Source: an uncultured virus (IMG/VR IMGVR_UViG_3300049576_000013) (lineage: Duplodnaviria > Heunggongvirae > Uroviricota > Caudoviricetes). From it: a stretch of 64,000 nt of DNA. The notes under the pieces were generated by a model that was not told where the DNA came from, ran no database searches, and saw only the letters and a list, made by a program, of their open reading frames with translations. Both the position numbers and the translations under genes were made by a program. Below are positions 16,501-24,703 of this stretch, in pieces (within the stretch, counting starts at the first letter, position 1; every line of letters starts with the position of its first letter). The stretch is taken from the IMG/VR virus record IMGVR_UViG_3300049576_000013. One strand, 5' to 3'.

Positions 16501-16954
16501 TCCCGCTCCCCAAGGCTCCAAGCGCTTCGTGGGCCGGGCCGCCGGTAAGGGGATCATGATCGAGGCATCGGACAAGGTCCGACCCTGGCGTCAAGACGTG
16601 AAGGCAGCAGCAGAGGCCGTCCTGGACTCCCTGGGGCGGCCTCCGCCGTTTACCGGCCCCCTGGCAGTACGGATGGTGTTCACCTTCCTGCGGCCTATGT
16701 CGGTACGCCGGACCAAGCGACCCTGGCCATCAGTGGCGCCCGACCTGTCCAAGCTGTGCCGGTCTACGGAGGATGCCCTGAAACAGGCGGGTGTGATCCA
16801 TGATGACGCTTTGATCGTGGAGTACACACGGTTAGCGAAGGTGTACGCAGGGGAAGACCCGGATGCCCTGGATCGCTCAGGGGTTCTGATCATCATCGGG
16901 GAATTGGTAGACTCTCTTCCTATCCCAGGGACCCCTGGGAGAACGAGGAGATGA
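16478..16954 (+). CDS. rusA: RusA-like Holliday junction resolvase
   Basis: PAPQGSK...PDLSKLCRSTEDAL...DDALIV. Confidence 0.85.
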   Translation: MKIIVYGDPAPQGSKRFVGRAAGKGIMIEASDKVRPWRQDVKAAAEAVLDSLGRPPPFTGPLAVRMVFTFLRPMSVRRTKRPWPSVAPDLSKLCRSTEDALKQAGVIHDDALIVEYTRLAKVYAGEDPDALDRSGVLIIIGELVDSLPIPGTPGRTRR

Positions 16955-16955
16955 C

Positions 16956-17294
16956 ATGACATTGATTCAGTGGCTCCAGAGCATGACGATTGGGATCCTC
17001 GTCGGCATCGGCATCGGCTACCTGGCTTGGAAGCTGCCCGCCCATGTCGCCCAGTTCCACGCCTGGCGCGACCGGCGCCTCAACTACCGGGCCAAGCACC
17101 TGCGCCCCCGTGACCTGGCCTACGTGACCAGGATCCAGGCGGCGTACCGCGACGATGTTGTGGCACCCAACACGGGCCCGGAGATGTACCTCGGGGAGCG
17201 CCTGCTCTCCCACCTGGCCGAGCGCTGGCAGCGCTTCCTTAAGGAGACCGCCCCCCGTACGCCGCTGGAGTACGCCCGGAGGGCGGATGCTTGA
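16956..17294 (+). CDS. Membrane-anchored hypothetical protein
   Basis: N-terminal TM, GAGGAG SD. Confidence 0.65.
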   Translation: MTLIQWLQSMTIGILVGIGIGYLAWKLPAHVAQFHAWRDRRLNYRAKHLRPRDLAYVTRIQAAYRDDVVAPNTGPEMYLGERLLSHLAERWQRFLKETAPRTPLEYARRADA

Positions 17295-17485
17295 TCACTA
17301 GCCAAGGCTGGATCGTCAGCTCCGCGCACCCTCGCGAGGACTCCTTCGTCGAGGTGAAGGTGTCCCCGTTCACCGGCCACGTCATGGTTCGTCACTCAAC
17401 CGACGGAGGCTGGGCCATCTCTGTGCCCATCGAGACCTGGCGGAAGTTCATTGCGGGGGTCAAGGTAGGAGACTTCGATCTATGA
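17291..17485 (+). CDS. DUF397-like small protein
   Basis: W..SS....VEV....VxVRxS....WxxFIAGVKxGDFD pattern. Confidence 0.7.
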   Translation: MITSQGWIVSSAHPREDSFVEVKVSPFTGHVMVRHSTDGGWAISVPIETWRKFIAGVKVGDFDL

Positions 17486-18567
17486 GACGGCAACTGACCG
17501 ACCAGCTCATCAACGCAGGTCCCTCACTTGTCCTGGCGGGTGTACTCCTGCTGGGATTCGCAGTAGCCCCAGCGTGGCCCACCGGCGAGGATTGTCAGGA
17601 ACGACTACTCGACGCAGCACCGCTCACCTCACAACAACGCACCTTCCTGGAGACCTGTGTCGGAGCCTTCAGCCTTCCCGCCGCCACGCCTAGTCCAACT
17701 GCTCCGCCAACGACGCCGCCGGCAACGACAGCTCCACCGTCTCCGACTGCTACGGCAACTGTCACTGCTTCTCCTGCACCGGAATCGGAGTTTCCGACCC
17801 CCGCGACGACGGGAGTTCCGGCCGGGTGGACGCCTACGCAGACCCGTACCACCGACCTGACGATCACTCAGGCCGGTGCCGTGGTGCAGGATCTGCGGCT
17901 GGTCAACGCCAGCCTCACCATCGCCGCCAACAACGTGACTGTGCGGCGGGTGCAGATCGAGGGTGGCGCTATCCACACCAAGCCTGGTCGAACCTGCTTC
18001 AGCCCCGTCATCGAGGACACGTCCATCCTCCGCACCACCGGCCCCACTACTGGCTCGGAGCCGGTCATCGAGCCGGGTGGGTACACCGCCCGGCGCGTGG
18101 AGATCAACGGCCCCCCTGAGGGCTTCCGAGTGGGTGCTAAGGCGGCCTGTGGGACCACCACGATCCTGGACAGCTTCGCCCTGGCCCGCTCCCCCGACGA
18201 CTGTGGGGACTGGCATGGTGACGCGCTCCAGGGCTACGACGGTGGTCCGCTGGTCATCCGGCACAGCACCCTGGTGCTGGAGGAGCGTGGATGTGGGGGG
18301 ACGGCGCCGTTCTTCTACCCTCGCAACCAGGGCAACACCTCGGTGATCGTGGACCGGCTCCTGGTCAAAGGTGGTGGGTTCACGTTCCGGCTCGGGATGC
18401 CAGGCAGTGTGACCGGGCTGCGGATCGTGGCCGGGTCCGCGTACGGCCCGATCGATGTCCGGTGCTCCGTGGTGTCGTCGTGGGAGGCCCAGGTGGTCAC
18501 CATCGACACCAACTACCGGATCTTGAGTAGAACCCCTCGCAGCTGTAACACTGAGACCGGAACCTGA
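17482..18567 (+). CDS. Secreted Pro/Thr-linker plus right-handed beta-helix protein
   Basis: Signal peptide, PT-rich linker, FPTPATTGVPAG, ANNVTVRRVQI, HGDALQ motifs. Confidence 0.7.
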   Translation: MRRQLTDQLINAGPSLVLAGVLLLGFAVAPAWPTGEDCQERLLDAAPLTSQQRTFLETCVGAFSLPAATPSPTAPPTTPPATTAPPSPTATATVTASPAPESEFPTPATTGVPAGWTPTQTRTTDLTITQAGAVVQDLRLVNASLTIAANNVTVRRVQIEGGAIHTKPGRTCFSPVIEDTSILRTTGPTTGSEPVIEPGGYTARRVEINGPPEGFRVGAKAACGTTTILDSFALARSPDDCGDWHGDALQGYDGGPLVIRHSTLVLEERGCGGTAPFFYPRNQGNTSVIVDRLLVKGGGFTFRLGMPGSVTGLRIVAGSAYGPIDVRCSVVSSWEAQVVTIDTNYRILSRTPRSCNTETGT

Positions 18568-18638
18568 GGTATACTGGCAGGGAGGGGTTGGGTCTCAGTC
18601 GTTCTCCCCAGGGCTACTTCCATCCAGCCCCTCTCCAC

Positions 18639-18712
18639 AGCGGGATAGCGCAGCTCGGCAGCGCGCTGGGCTCATAACCCAGAGGTCACCGGTTCAAATC
18701 CGGTTCCCGCCA
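18639..18712 (+). tRNA. tRNA-fMet (CAU), initiator type
   Basis: Full cloverleaf; 1:72 A-C mismatch; CTGGG-CTCATAA-CCCAG with three G-C pairs; TTCAAAT T loop. Confidence 0.95.
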
Positions 18713-18767
18713 CGTCAGGCGCAGCTCGCCTTAACCAAATAGACCCGGTTCGGACGGGCACCCAAAA

Positions 18768-18801
18768 GCAAAGGCCCCTGGTTCACGCCAGGGGCCTTTG
18801 C
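18768..18801. terminator. Bidirectional hairpin terminator
   Basis: GCAAAGGCCCCTGG / CCAGGGGCCTTTGC between convergent units. Confidence 0.8.
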
Positions 18802-18812
18802 CATGTCTGGAC

Positions 18813-20357
18813 TCAGAACGGCCAGGTGCCGTTCTGGCCGTGCTCCAGTAGGGGCACCATCTGGAACCCCTTGTCAGTCAAGCCACCGAACGTCCAGCGG
18901 TTGTCAGTGCCAGCGTCGCCGCCGTAGCGGTAGCCGGCCAGGTTCCAGGTGTACACCGGGGTCCGGCTAGGAACAACGGAGCCGGCGCCACCATCGTGGT
19001 GCTGCTCGTCGGTGACCACCAAGACCCGGTCGTGCCCGTTGTAGAACTGCCGGGTCGCAGCGGCCGTGTACGTACCACCGAGGTTCGTGAACTGCCCCAT
19101 GAGACGAAGCACCGAGCCACCAGCCTGGTAGGGCACCTCGTGAGCGGTGCTGCCGTACTGGACCAGGGTGACCCGGCCCGGGTTACGTAGCGCCAGGGCG
19201 GCACCGAACAGGGCACCCACCTCAGCCCGCATCATGGTCGATTTGCTGCCCGTCGCCGGCATGAACATAGAGCCCGACCGGTCCACTAGGACCAGCGACC
19301 GGCCTGGCAGCTCCGGAATGTTCTCCACAGTCAGATCGAACGCCTTATGCAGGGCCTGGCTCCAGCGCACACTGGCCACCGCCTTGTAGGCGGAGTAGAA
19401 CCGGAACGGGAACTGGCGTGACCGTCGCACCTGCCACGGGTCGGTGAGCTTCGTGGTGACCTGCTGCACCGCCTCCTCGGAGATCCCCGCCTGATCGAAG
19501 TTACGCAGGTTCCGTAGCAGGGCCATGTACCCCATGGACGGGATCAGGGCCTCCCACAGCTTCGCCTTCGACACCTTGCTGCCAACCAGGGACAGCGCGT
19601 CCTCCCACGTCATCCCCGCCTCGTGCAGTGCCGAGGCGGACAGGGCCAGCTCCGGCTCCGAGGCAACGTCCCGTCGGAACGCAGCGTTGGCCTGGAGAAC
19701 GTCCAGCTGACCGGTGAAGTCAACCTCGCGGCCATGGCGCCGAGCCAGGGCCAGCTCGAACAGTTCACCCTGTCCAATCTGTGTAGCCACCGGATGGGTC
19801 AGTTCGATCACGTCACCGAACCGGAAGCTCTTGGAGTCGGTGTCGTATTTCAGCAAGCTTCGCTGGTTGTACAGGTTCACAACGGCGTCAGCGACGCCAC
19901 GCTTCACCGGCTTGGGAATGGATCGGCCATAGGTGCTGGTCCAGTAGGCCAGCGCCTCACCCGGCTCATCAGCCCGCTGAAGCACGTCCCGCACAATGGC
20001 GCGGGAACCCGGCACTTTGGCCTTGACCATGGCCCGAGCCGCCTCCAGAGCACCGACTAGGGATGCGGAGCGCATGTTGGCCTCGTTGCGTAGCCACACC
20101 AGGAACCGGGCCATCCACTGAGGATCGGAAACGGCCACAGCGCGGATCAGCTGGGCGTAGCGGTCGTCGCGAGCCTTGGCCTTCTCGTAGAAGGTGTCCT
20201 CCTTGACCATGTTGGATACGGCCAGGAGGAACAGTTCGGACTTGGCGTCGCGAGCGAAACCGGGGGCACCCTCATGGGTGCGAGAGGTGGCCAGAACATC
20301 GGTGACGAGGGGCGCCTGGGCCACGATGCGTGGCCGCCCTCGATTGAACTTGGACAT
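18813..20357 (-). CDS. rsr: Ro60/TROVE-vWA ribonucleoprotein (Rsr)
   Basis: THEGAPG, ELFLLAV...TFYE, RADEPGE, MGYMALLRNLRNF, SRQFPFRF, VLVDRSGSM (MIDAS), VVTDEQ. Confidence 0.95.
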   Translation of the reverse strand: MSKFNRGRPRIVAQAPLVTDVLATSRTHEGAPGFARDAKSELFLLAVSNMVKEDTFYEKAKARDDRYAQLIRAVAVSDPQWMARFLVWLRNEANMRSASLVGALEAARAMVKAKVPGSRAIVRDVLQRADEPGEALAYWTSTYGRSIPKPVKRGVADAVVNLYNQRSLLKYDTDSKSFRFGDVIELTHPVATQIGQGELFELALARRHGREVDFTGQLDVLQANAAFRRDVASEPELALSASALHEAGMTWEDALSLVGSKVSKAKLWEALIPSMGYMALLRNLRNFDQAGISEEAVQQVTTKLTDPWQVRRSRQFPFRFYSAYKAVASVRWSQALHKAFDLTVENIPELPGRSLVLVDRSGSMFMPATGSKSTMMRAEVGALFGAALALRNPGRVTLVQYGSTAHEVPYQAGGSVLRLMGQFTNLGGTYTAAATRQFYNGHDRVLVVTDEQHHDGGAGSVVPSRTPVYTWNLAGYRYGGDAGTDNRWTFGGLTDKGFQMVPLLEHGQNGTWPF

Positions 20358-20359
20358 GA

Positions 20360-20393
20360 ATGTGGCTCCTCCGTGTCGAGGGAGGAGCCACAT
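20360..20393 (-). promoter_or_regulatory. 13-bp perfect hairpin sequestering the rsr SD / Y-RNA terminator
   Basis: ATGTGGCTCCTCC-CTCGACAC-GGAGGAGCCACAT-TC-ATG. Confidence 0.75.
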
Positions 20394-20401
20394 CGTCAAG
20401 T

Positions 20402-20541
20402 GATGCCTGAGATCAAGTCGGCCGGGCGAACGTAACCGCGCTGCCAATTGCGCCACAGCCCCACAAGTGGGGCCGGTTGGACTCGAACCAACAACCTGTC
20501 CTTTACAAGAGGAAGAACTCCCAACCTGCGCACCAGGCATC
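20402..20541 (-). ncRNA. yrlA: YrlA-type Y RNA (Ro-binding stem plus circularly permuted tRNA module)
   Basis: 5' GATGCCTGGTGCGCA / 3' GACTTGATCTCAGGCATC stem; T arm GTTGG-TTCGAGT-CCAAC; loop-closed acceptor CGGCCCCA-CTTG-TGGGGCTG; D arm GCGC-AATTGGCA-GCGC; immediately upstream of rsr. Confidence 0.9.
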
Positions 20542-20552
20542 TGAAGTTGTGG

Positions 20553-20631
20553 CCCTCCCGAGATCAAAGTCGCCCGTCGGAATGGAGTCCATTTGCCTTG
20601 GAAGTATCCGCTGGGCTTCGCACCGGGAGGG
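20553..20631 (-). ncRNA. Second, shorter Y RNA (no tRNA module)
   Basis: CCCTCCCG-GTGCGAA...GACTTTGATCT-CGGGAGGG with the same Ro-binding motif as the YrlA. Confidence 0.8.
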
Positions 20632-20641
20632 TGCGTCGACG

Positions 20642-20670
20642 ACGTTACATGGACAGGGAGGGCTGTGCAA
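20642..20670 (-). promoter_or_regulatory. Promoter for the Y RNA-rsr unit
   Basis: TTGCAC-17bp (contains CCCTCCCTG)-TAACGT. Confidence 0.7.
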
Positions 20671-20674
20671 GGGG

Positions 20675-20998
20675 TTAAGTCAAGATCCTATAGCGGCCCC
20701 GGTTCGTGTGCGGGGCCAGCGGCTCCCACTCCGGCAGCGGCACGTCATGCTCCCCCAGGCCGATGGCATAGAAGCAGTCCCGGGCCAGGCCCAACGCCCG
20801 GCGGTGGGTCCACCACTGGTCCCGGCCCGAGGCGGTGAAGCTGAACTGGAGCCGGTTGAATGGGCCACCGGTGACCTGCGGGTCCCGGTACCACCACTTG
20901 GCTTCGCAGGCCCGCTCCAGGACCGTCTGGACCTTCTCATGGCCACCTCTCTCCCAGCTGCCTGGGTAGGTGAACGAGTAACGGCGGTGGGTGGTCAC
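20675..20998 (-). CDS. Hypothetical protein
   Basis: AAGGAG SD, GTGA overlap. Confidence 0.65.
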   Translation of the reverse strand: MTTHRRYSFTYPGSWERGGHEKVQTVLERACEAKWWYRDPQVTGGPFNRLQFSFTASGRDQWWTHRRALGLARDCFYAIGLGEHDVPLPEWEPLAPHTNRGRYRILT

Positions 20999-21276
20999 AA
21001 CCGACTCCTTCGCTGGGCTTGGAGCAGGAGGTAGAGCCGCTGGATGCTCACACCTAGCACGGTCCCGTAGATGAGGGCAAACATCCACAGAGGCAGTGAA
21101 ATGCCGCAGGCTAGGAGGGTGAGGGCCACACTCTCCACACCGGTGACGATCCCGAACCACATCAGGTGCTGGCCGACGGCGCTCTCCTTCCAGCTGGACC
21201 GAAGGCCGTAGAGGATCACAAACACGAAGCTGACCACTGCCGTGGTGATGATCTCGGCAATGATCAGGTGGATCAT
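20995..21276 (-). CDS. Holin-like membrane protein (3 TM)
   Basis: Three hydrophobic helices; in lysis cassette. Confidence 0.65.
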   Translation of the reverse strand: MIHLIIAEIITTAVVSFVFVILYGLRSSWKESAVGQHLMWFGIVTGVESVALTLLACGISLPLWMFALIYGTVLGVSIQRLYLLLQAQRRSRL

Positions 21277-21476
21277 GTCGATCGCCTCCGCAGCTTGAAC
21301 GCTTGATCAACTTCTCGGGCGAAGGCGTCGAGCCTGCTCACCGCAGCGTGTGCTTTCTGTAGCGTTGAGTCTATCTCTTCCCGCTGCTTATATACCCGCA
21401 GAAGATCCCGTTCCGCCCGCTGGCGGCACTGCTCCGCCTCTGCGTACCGGGGTCGTTGCCGTCGGAACCACTTCAC
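21273..21476 (-). CDS. Small lysis-cassette protein
   Basis: Coupled overlaps; basic, helical. Confidence 0.6.
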   Translation of the reverse strand: MKWFRRQRPRYAEAEQCRQRAERDLLRVYKQREEIDSTLQKAHAAVSRLDAFAREVDQAFKLRRRST

Positions 21477-21760
21477 TCTGACCGCCGGGCAGGGAGGGGC
21501 AGGAGCGTCCGAACCGCCTCCAGCGTTTCCTGCTGGGAGGTCATCATCTTGTCCATGGCCGTCGTCATCCTGGTCAGATCGGCGGTGAGCTGCTTAATGG
21601 TTGCCGCATCCGTTTCGGCCCCCGCTCGGTAGATGGCCACGATCTCGTCGTGGACCCGCTTCGGTATGACGCTGGTGCGTACGAACGCCCAAATACCCAC
21701 TACGAGGACTCCGGTAAGCCCCAGGCTCTCCACCCAGTCGGGAAGCTGGGTGAGTTCCAT
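21473..21760 (-). CDS. Membrane protein (holin-like, TM plus coiled coil)
   Basis: Single TM; follows endolysin. Confidence 0.65.
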   Translation of the reverse strand: MELTQLPDWVESLGLTGVLVVGIWAFVRTSVIPKRVHDEIVAIYRAGAETDAATIKQLTADLTRMTTAMDKMMTSQQETLEAVRTLLPLPARRSE

Positions 21761-22633
21761 CTAGCCCGCCACGACCGTACCGGTGATGGTCACCGGGGTA
21801 CCCGGAGCTGGTCCCGGTGGTCCCGGGGGTCCCGGGGGTCCGGGGGGTCCAGGGGGACCCGGCGGCCCAGGTACCGACTGATCACCTGCGCGCTTGATGG
21901 CATGTACCCGATAGATCTGCTCGCAGGCGTCCTTGCTCACCACGTCACCGCTGGTGGCCACGGAACCCACACTCTTACGGAGGGCGAGGAGGGCCGCCGA
22001 CGTGGACGGACCGTAGATGCCATCAGTTGCCCCGGTGTAGAAGCCACAGGACTTCAGCATGACCTGAAGAAACTCCACCTCCAGGCCCTGGTCACCCTTC
22101 TCCAGCCCCAGCATCTCAGCGTGCCCCTTCCCTTGCAGGATTTGCAGCATGCCGGCGTACACCGACCAATCATCGCTGTAACGGCGAAGAATGGAGAAGT
22201 GGGCATGCCAACGGTGTGTGTTGTCCGGCACCCGGGTGTACCAGCCAACGAAGTCGAAGCCTTCCGGCCTCTCATCCAGGTCAGCTTGGATGAGGACTTC
22301 CCGCCAGCCTCGTAACCGTGGATCCCGCATCCGGAAGGCCCGAGCGATACGGGCACCGTAAGTGGAGATCTTCTTGTAGTTCCCCGCCTGCGCGGATCGG
22401 AAGGTCCAGTCGAAGGCAGCGGTGTAGTTCGAGCTCCCCAGCTTGTCGGCCGGCAGCTGGATCGAGTAGTCGCCCGTCAGCCCGTCCTGTAGCAAGCCGC
22501 GCCGGGAGTTGTGGTACCCCGGCTTGTCACCGTAGGTACCGGCGTAGACAGTGTCCTTGTCCAGCTCCAGGCATGCCTGAACGAACCGCCACATGGAGGC
22601 CGAGATGTGCGTCGGGTCAGGATTGGCGGCCAC
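21761..22633 (-). CDS. Endolysin-like protein (Zn-peptidase-like, PG-binding domain, collagen-like GPP tail)
   Basis: GYHN...AAFD...HRWHAHFS; LQVMLK...DGIYGPST PG-binding motif; (GPP)n. Confidence 0.75.
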   Translation of the reverse strand: MAANPDPTHISASMWRFVQACLELDKDTVYAGTYGDKPGYHNSRRGLLQDGLTGDYSIQLPADKLGSSNYTAAFDWTFRSAQAGNYKKISTYGARIARAFRMRDPRLRGWREVLIQADLDERPEGFDFVGWYTRVPDNTHRWHAHFSILRRYSDDWSVYAGMLQILQGKGHAEMLGLEKGDQGLEVEFLQVMLKSCGFYTGATDGIYGPSTSAALLALRKSVGSVATSGDVVSKDACEQIYRVHAIKRAGDQSVPGPPGPPGPPGPPGPPGPPGPAPGTPVTITGTVVAG

Positions 22634-22634
22634 G

Positions 22635-23171
22635 TCAGGCCCACACCGTTAACTTGAACTGGGCATCCTGGATGTACAGGGGGACAGCCTGCGGCGGCTG
22701 TACGGGGAGCTGGAGCGTCCGGGCGCCAAGGGAAGTCATCACCTCGGCGTCTTCCACCAGCTCCGTATCCACCCATACCTGGATGGACAGTGGCTCAGTG
22801 GGGCGAATGCTCATTCGCCAGCCCCAGCCACCTTGGAAGGAGCGGCCAGGGCTGCCGGCACGCTCATCTGTGCAGGTGGTGTCAGGGCCGGCGAATTCGC
22901 TGTACGGGTCCCGGCAGAGGCGCAACCGGGTCCGGATGATCCGTACGCCAGGGGGCGTGTCCACGTAGTGCACGAAGGCGTTCACGTCCGCCACTCCATA
23001 GGTGGCATTTGGGCGGAACAGGCCATCATTGAGATCCAGCCAGCCAGCCGGGTTCCCTAGGGCGGTGTTGTAGGTGACCACCGTCCAGGTCTGCGGTTGA
23101 ACCTCCTGGAACCCCGGATCAGACGGGTTGAGCATCTTCCATTGCATACCCGCATTGACCTTGGCTGCCAT
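22635..23171 (-). CDS. Hypothetical (possibly virion) protein
   Basis: ORF in late operon. Confidence 0.7.
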   Translation of the reverse strand: MAAKVNAGMQWKMLNPSDPGFQEVQPQTWTVVTYNTALGNPAGWLDLNDGLFRPNATYGVADVNAFVHYVDTPPGVRIIRTRLRLCRDPYSEFAGPDTTCTDERAGSPGRSFQGGWGWRMSIRPTEPLSIQVWVDTELVEDAEVMTSLGARTLQLPVQPPQAVPLYIQDAQFKLTVWA

Positions 23172-23181
23172 AAGTCACAGG

Positions 23182-23766
23182 CTAACGGGCATCTCCCTGG
23201 GTAGGAAGTCCTGACGTGTTGCCATGGCCCATGTGGTACCTGAACGTGCGCTCAGCCAGGTGCGTCATCACCAATCCCCGCTCGCAGCAGAGCTTGGCGA
23301 AGCCGGTGATGTGCTCCCAGTCCTCGTTACTGAACCGTCCATGGGCGGCACTAGGCGGAAAACCCACCTCTTGGGCCAGAGCCGTCTGTTCCAACACGCC
23401 CATCGTGGTGTGATGAGGCCGGCAAGGATCGAACGGCCGCCCGAAGTGACCCAGCGGATCGTGTGTGGCCTCGAAGTAAGGGTGCACCCACACAGCCCCA
23501 GTCTCTGTAGCAACCCGGAGCAGCTTTTCCAGATGCTCAGGGAACCACTCATCGTCGCTGTCTATCCATGCCGTCCACTCCGTCTGCACCATGCCAAGAA
23601 GGCGCTGGCGAGTTGCGCCAGCGCCCTCCCGGTTGATGTCGTTGACGACCAGCACCCGCTCCGGCTGCCGGGTCTGCACCCACACTGAGGCAAGGGCGCG
23701 GACCAGGAGGCCGTTACGGAGGCGGGCCGGGTGTGCGGCGACGCACACTGTGACACCAGGTTCCAT
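23182..23766 (-). CDS. Glycosyltransferase family 2
   Basis: VTVCVAAH...ALASV..QT, WTAWIDSDD (DxD), NEDW. Confidence 0.85.
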   Translation of the reverse strand: MEPGVTVCVAAHPARLRNGLLVRALASVWVQTRQPERVLVVNDINREGAGATRQRLLGMVQTEWTAWIDSDDEWFPEHLEKLLRVATETGAVWVHPYFEATHDPLGHFGRPFDPCRPHHTTMGVLEQTALAQEVGFPPSAAHGRFSNEDWEHITGFAKLCCERGLVMTHLAERTFRYHMGHGNTSGLPTQGDAR

Positions 23767-23776
23767 CGTTCTACTC

Positions 23777-24193
23777 TCAGCCGTTGTTGAACCAGACCGA
23801 GTTCACCCGGTCACGGTGGGAGCCGCGCGTCGTGCGTAGCGCCGCGAAGTTACCCTCAGCGCCGGACGGGATCGGGCCACCGCCGTAGTCGACGACTTTC
23901 AGCAGGGTGCCACCGCAGCCAAAGTCGTCATAGAACTGAACGTGGTGCGAGACGTTACCCTCACGCCGGTTGGCGTACGAGTCGGCGCTGTTCACGCCGC
24001 CGCCCACCATGTTGATGCACTGACCGGCGACACCTCGCAGACGATAGATCGTCCCGGTCCCGTCGAGTCCAGTCCACAGGCAGACCTGGCCCCAGTCACA
24101 GCTGGAGTACGCAGCGTGTGCCGGTGAGGTGACCAGACCGAGGATCGCCAGCAGTGCCACAGCGAGCACGGTGGCCCTCTTGCGTACGGTCAT
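23777..24193 (-). CDS. Secreted peptidase inhibitor I36-like protein
   Basis: Signal peptide (PAHA), CDWGQVCLW..xGTG, NSADSYAN. Confidence 0.65.
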   Translation of the reverse strand: MTVRKRATVLAVALLAILGLVTSPAHAAYSSCDWGQVCLWTGLDGTGTIYRLRGVAGQCINMVGGGVNSADSYANRREGNVSHHVQFYDDFGCGGTLLKVVDYGGGPIPSGAEGNFAALRTTRGSHRDRVNSVWFNNG

Positions 24194-24207
24194 TGTCTCC
24201 GTCCCCT

Positions 24208-24627
24208 TCAGTCGTGGGAGTAGCAGTCTTCGACGCTGAAGAAGCACGTCAGGTAGGACTCGATGTTGTTGTTCCCCTCATGTGGTACGAACAGCGAGTA
24301 TTGGAGCGGGAAGTCCCGCGCCGCGACCGGTGCGCCCTGGCAGTTTGTGTACGCGTAGTACCAGATGCGCGTGCCGCTCTTGTTGTTCTTGATGCTGCTG
24401 GCCTTGTTGCGCTGGGCCGTCGGCAGCGTCTGGCACACCATGTGACCGACCGGGGTGCTCTGGTACGGCGTGCCTGAACCGTTGTGCAGGTCCCAGAAGC
24501 AGTTGTGGCCGCTGGTGCAGTCTGACCACGCTGCGTGTGCTGGTGATGCCGGAGCGACTGCGACCGTGAGGCCGGTGGCAACCAGCAGTGCCGTAAGAAG
24601 AGATGTGAATCGTTGTAGCTTGAGCAC
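24208..24627 (-). CDS. Secreted peptidase inhibitor I36-like protein
   Basis: Signal peptide (PAHA), CTSGHNCFW..NGSG, NKASSIKN; start uncertain. Confidence 0.65.
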   Translation of the reverse strand: MLKLQRFTSLLTALLVATGLTVAVAPASPAHAAWSDCTSGHNCFWDLHNGSGTPYQSTPVGHMVCQTLPTAQRNKASSIKNNKSGTRIWYYAYTNCQGAPVAARDFPLQYSLFVPHEGNNNIESYLTCFFSVEDCYSHD

Positions 24628-24703
24628 GTTGTTCCAATCAGTAGTAGAGGACGCCAGGGCGGCGGCCAACTTACGGTTCAATGTTTCTCCTACTTGTGCG
24701 CTC

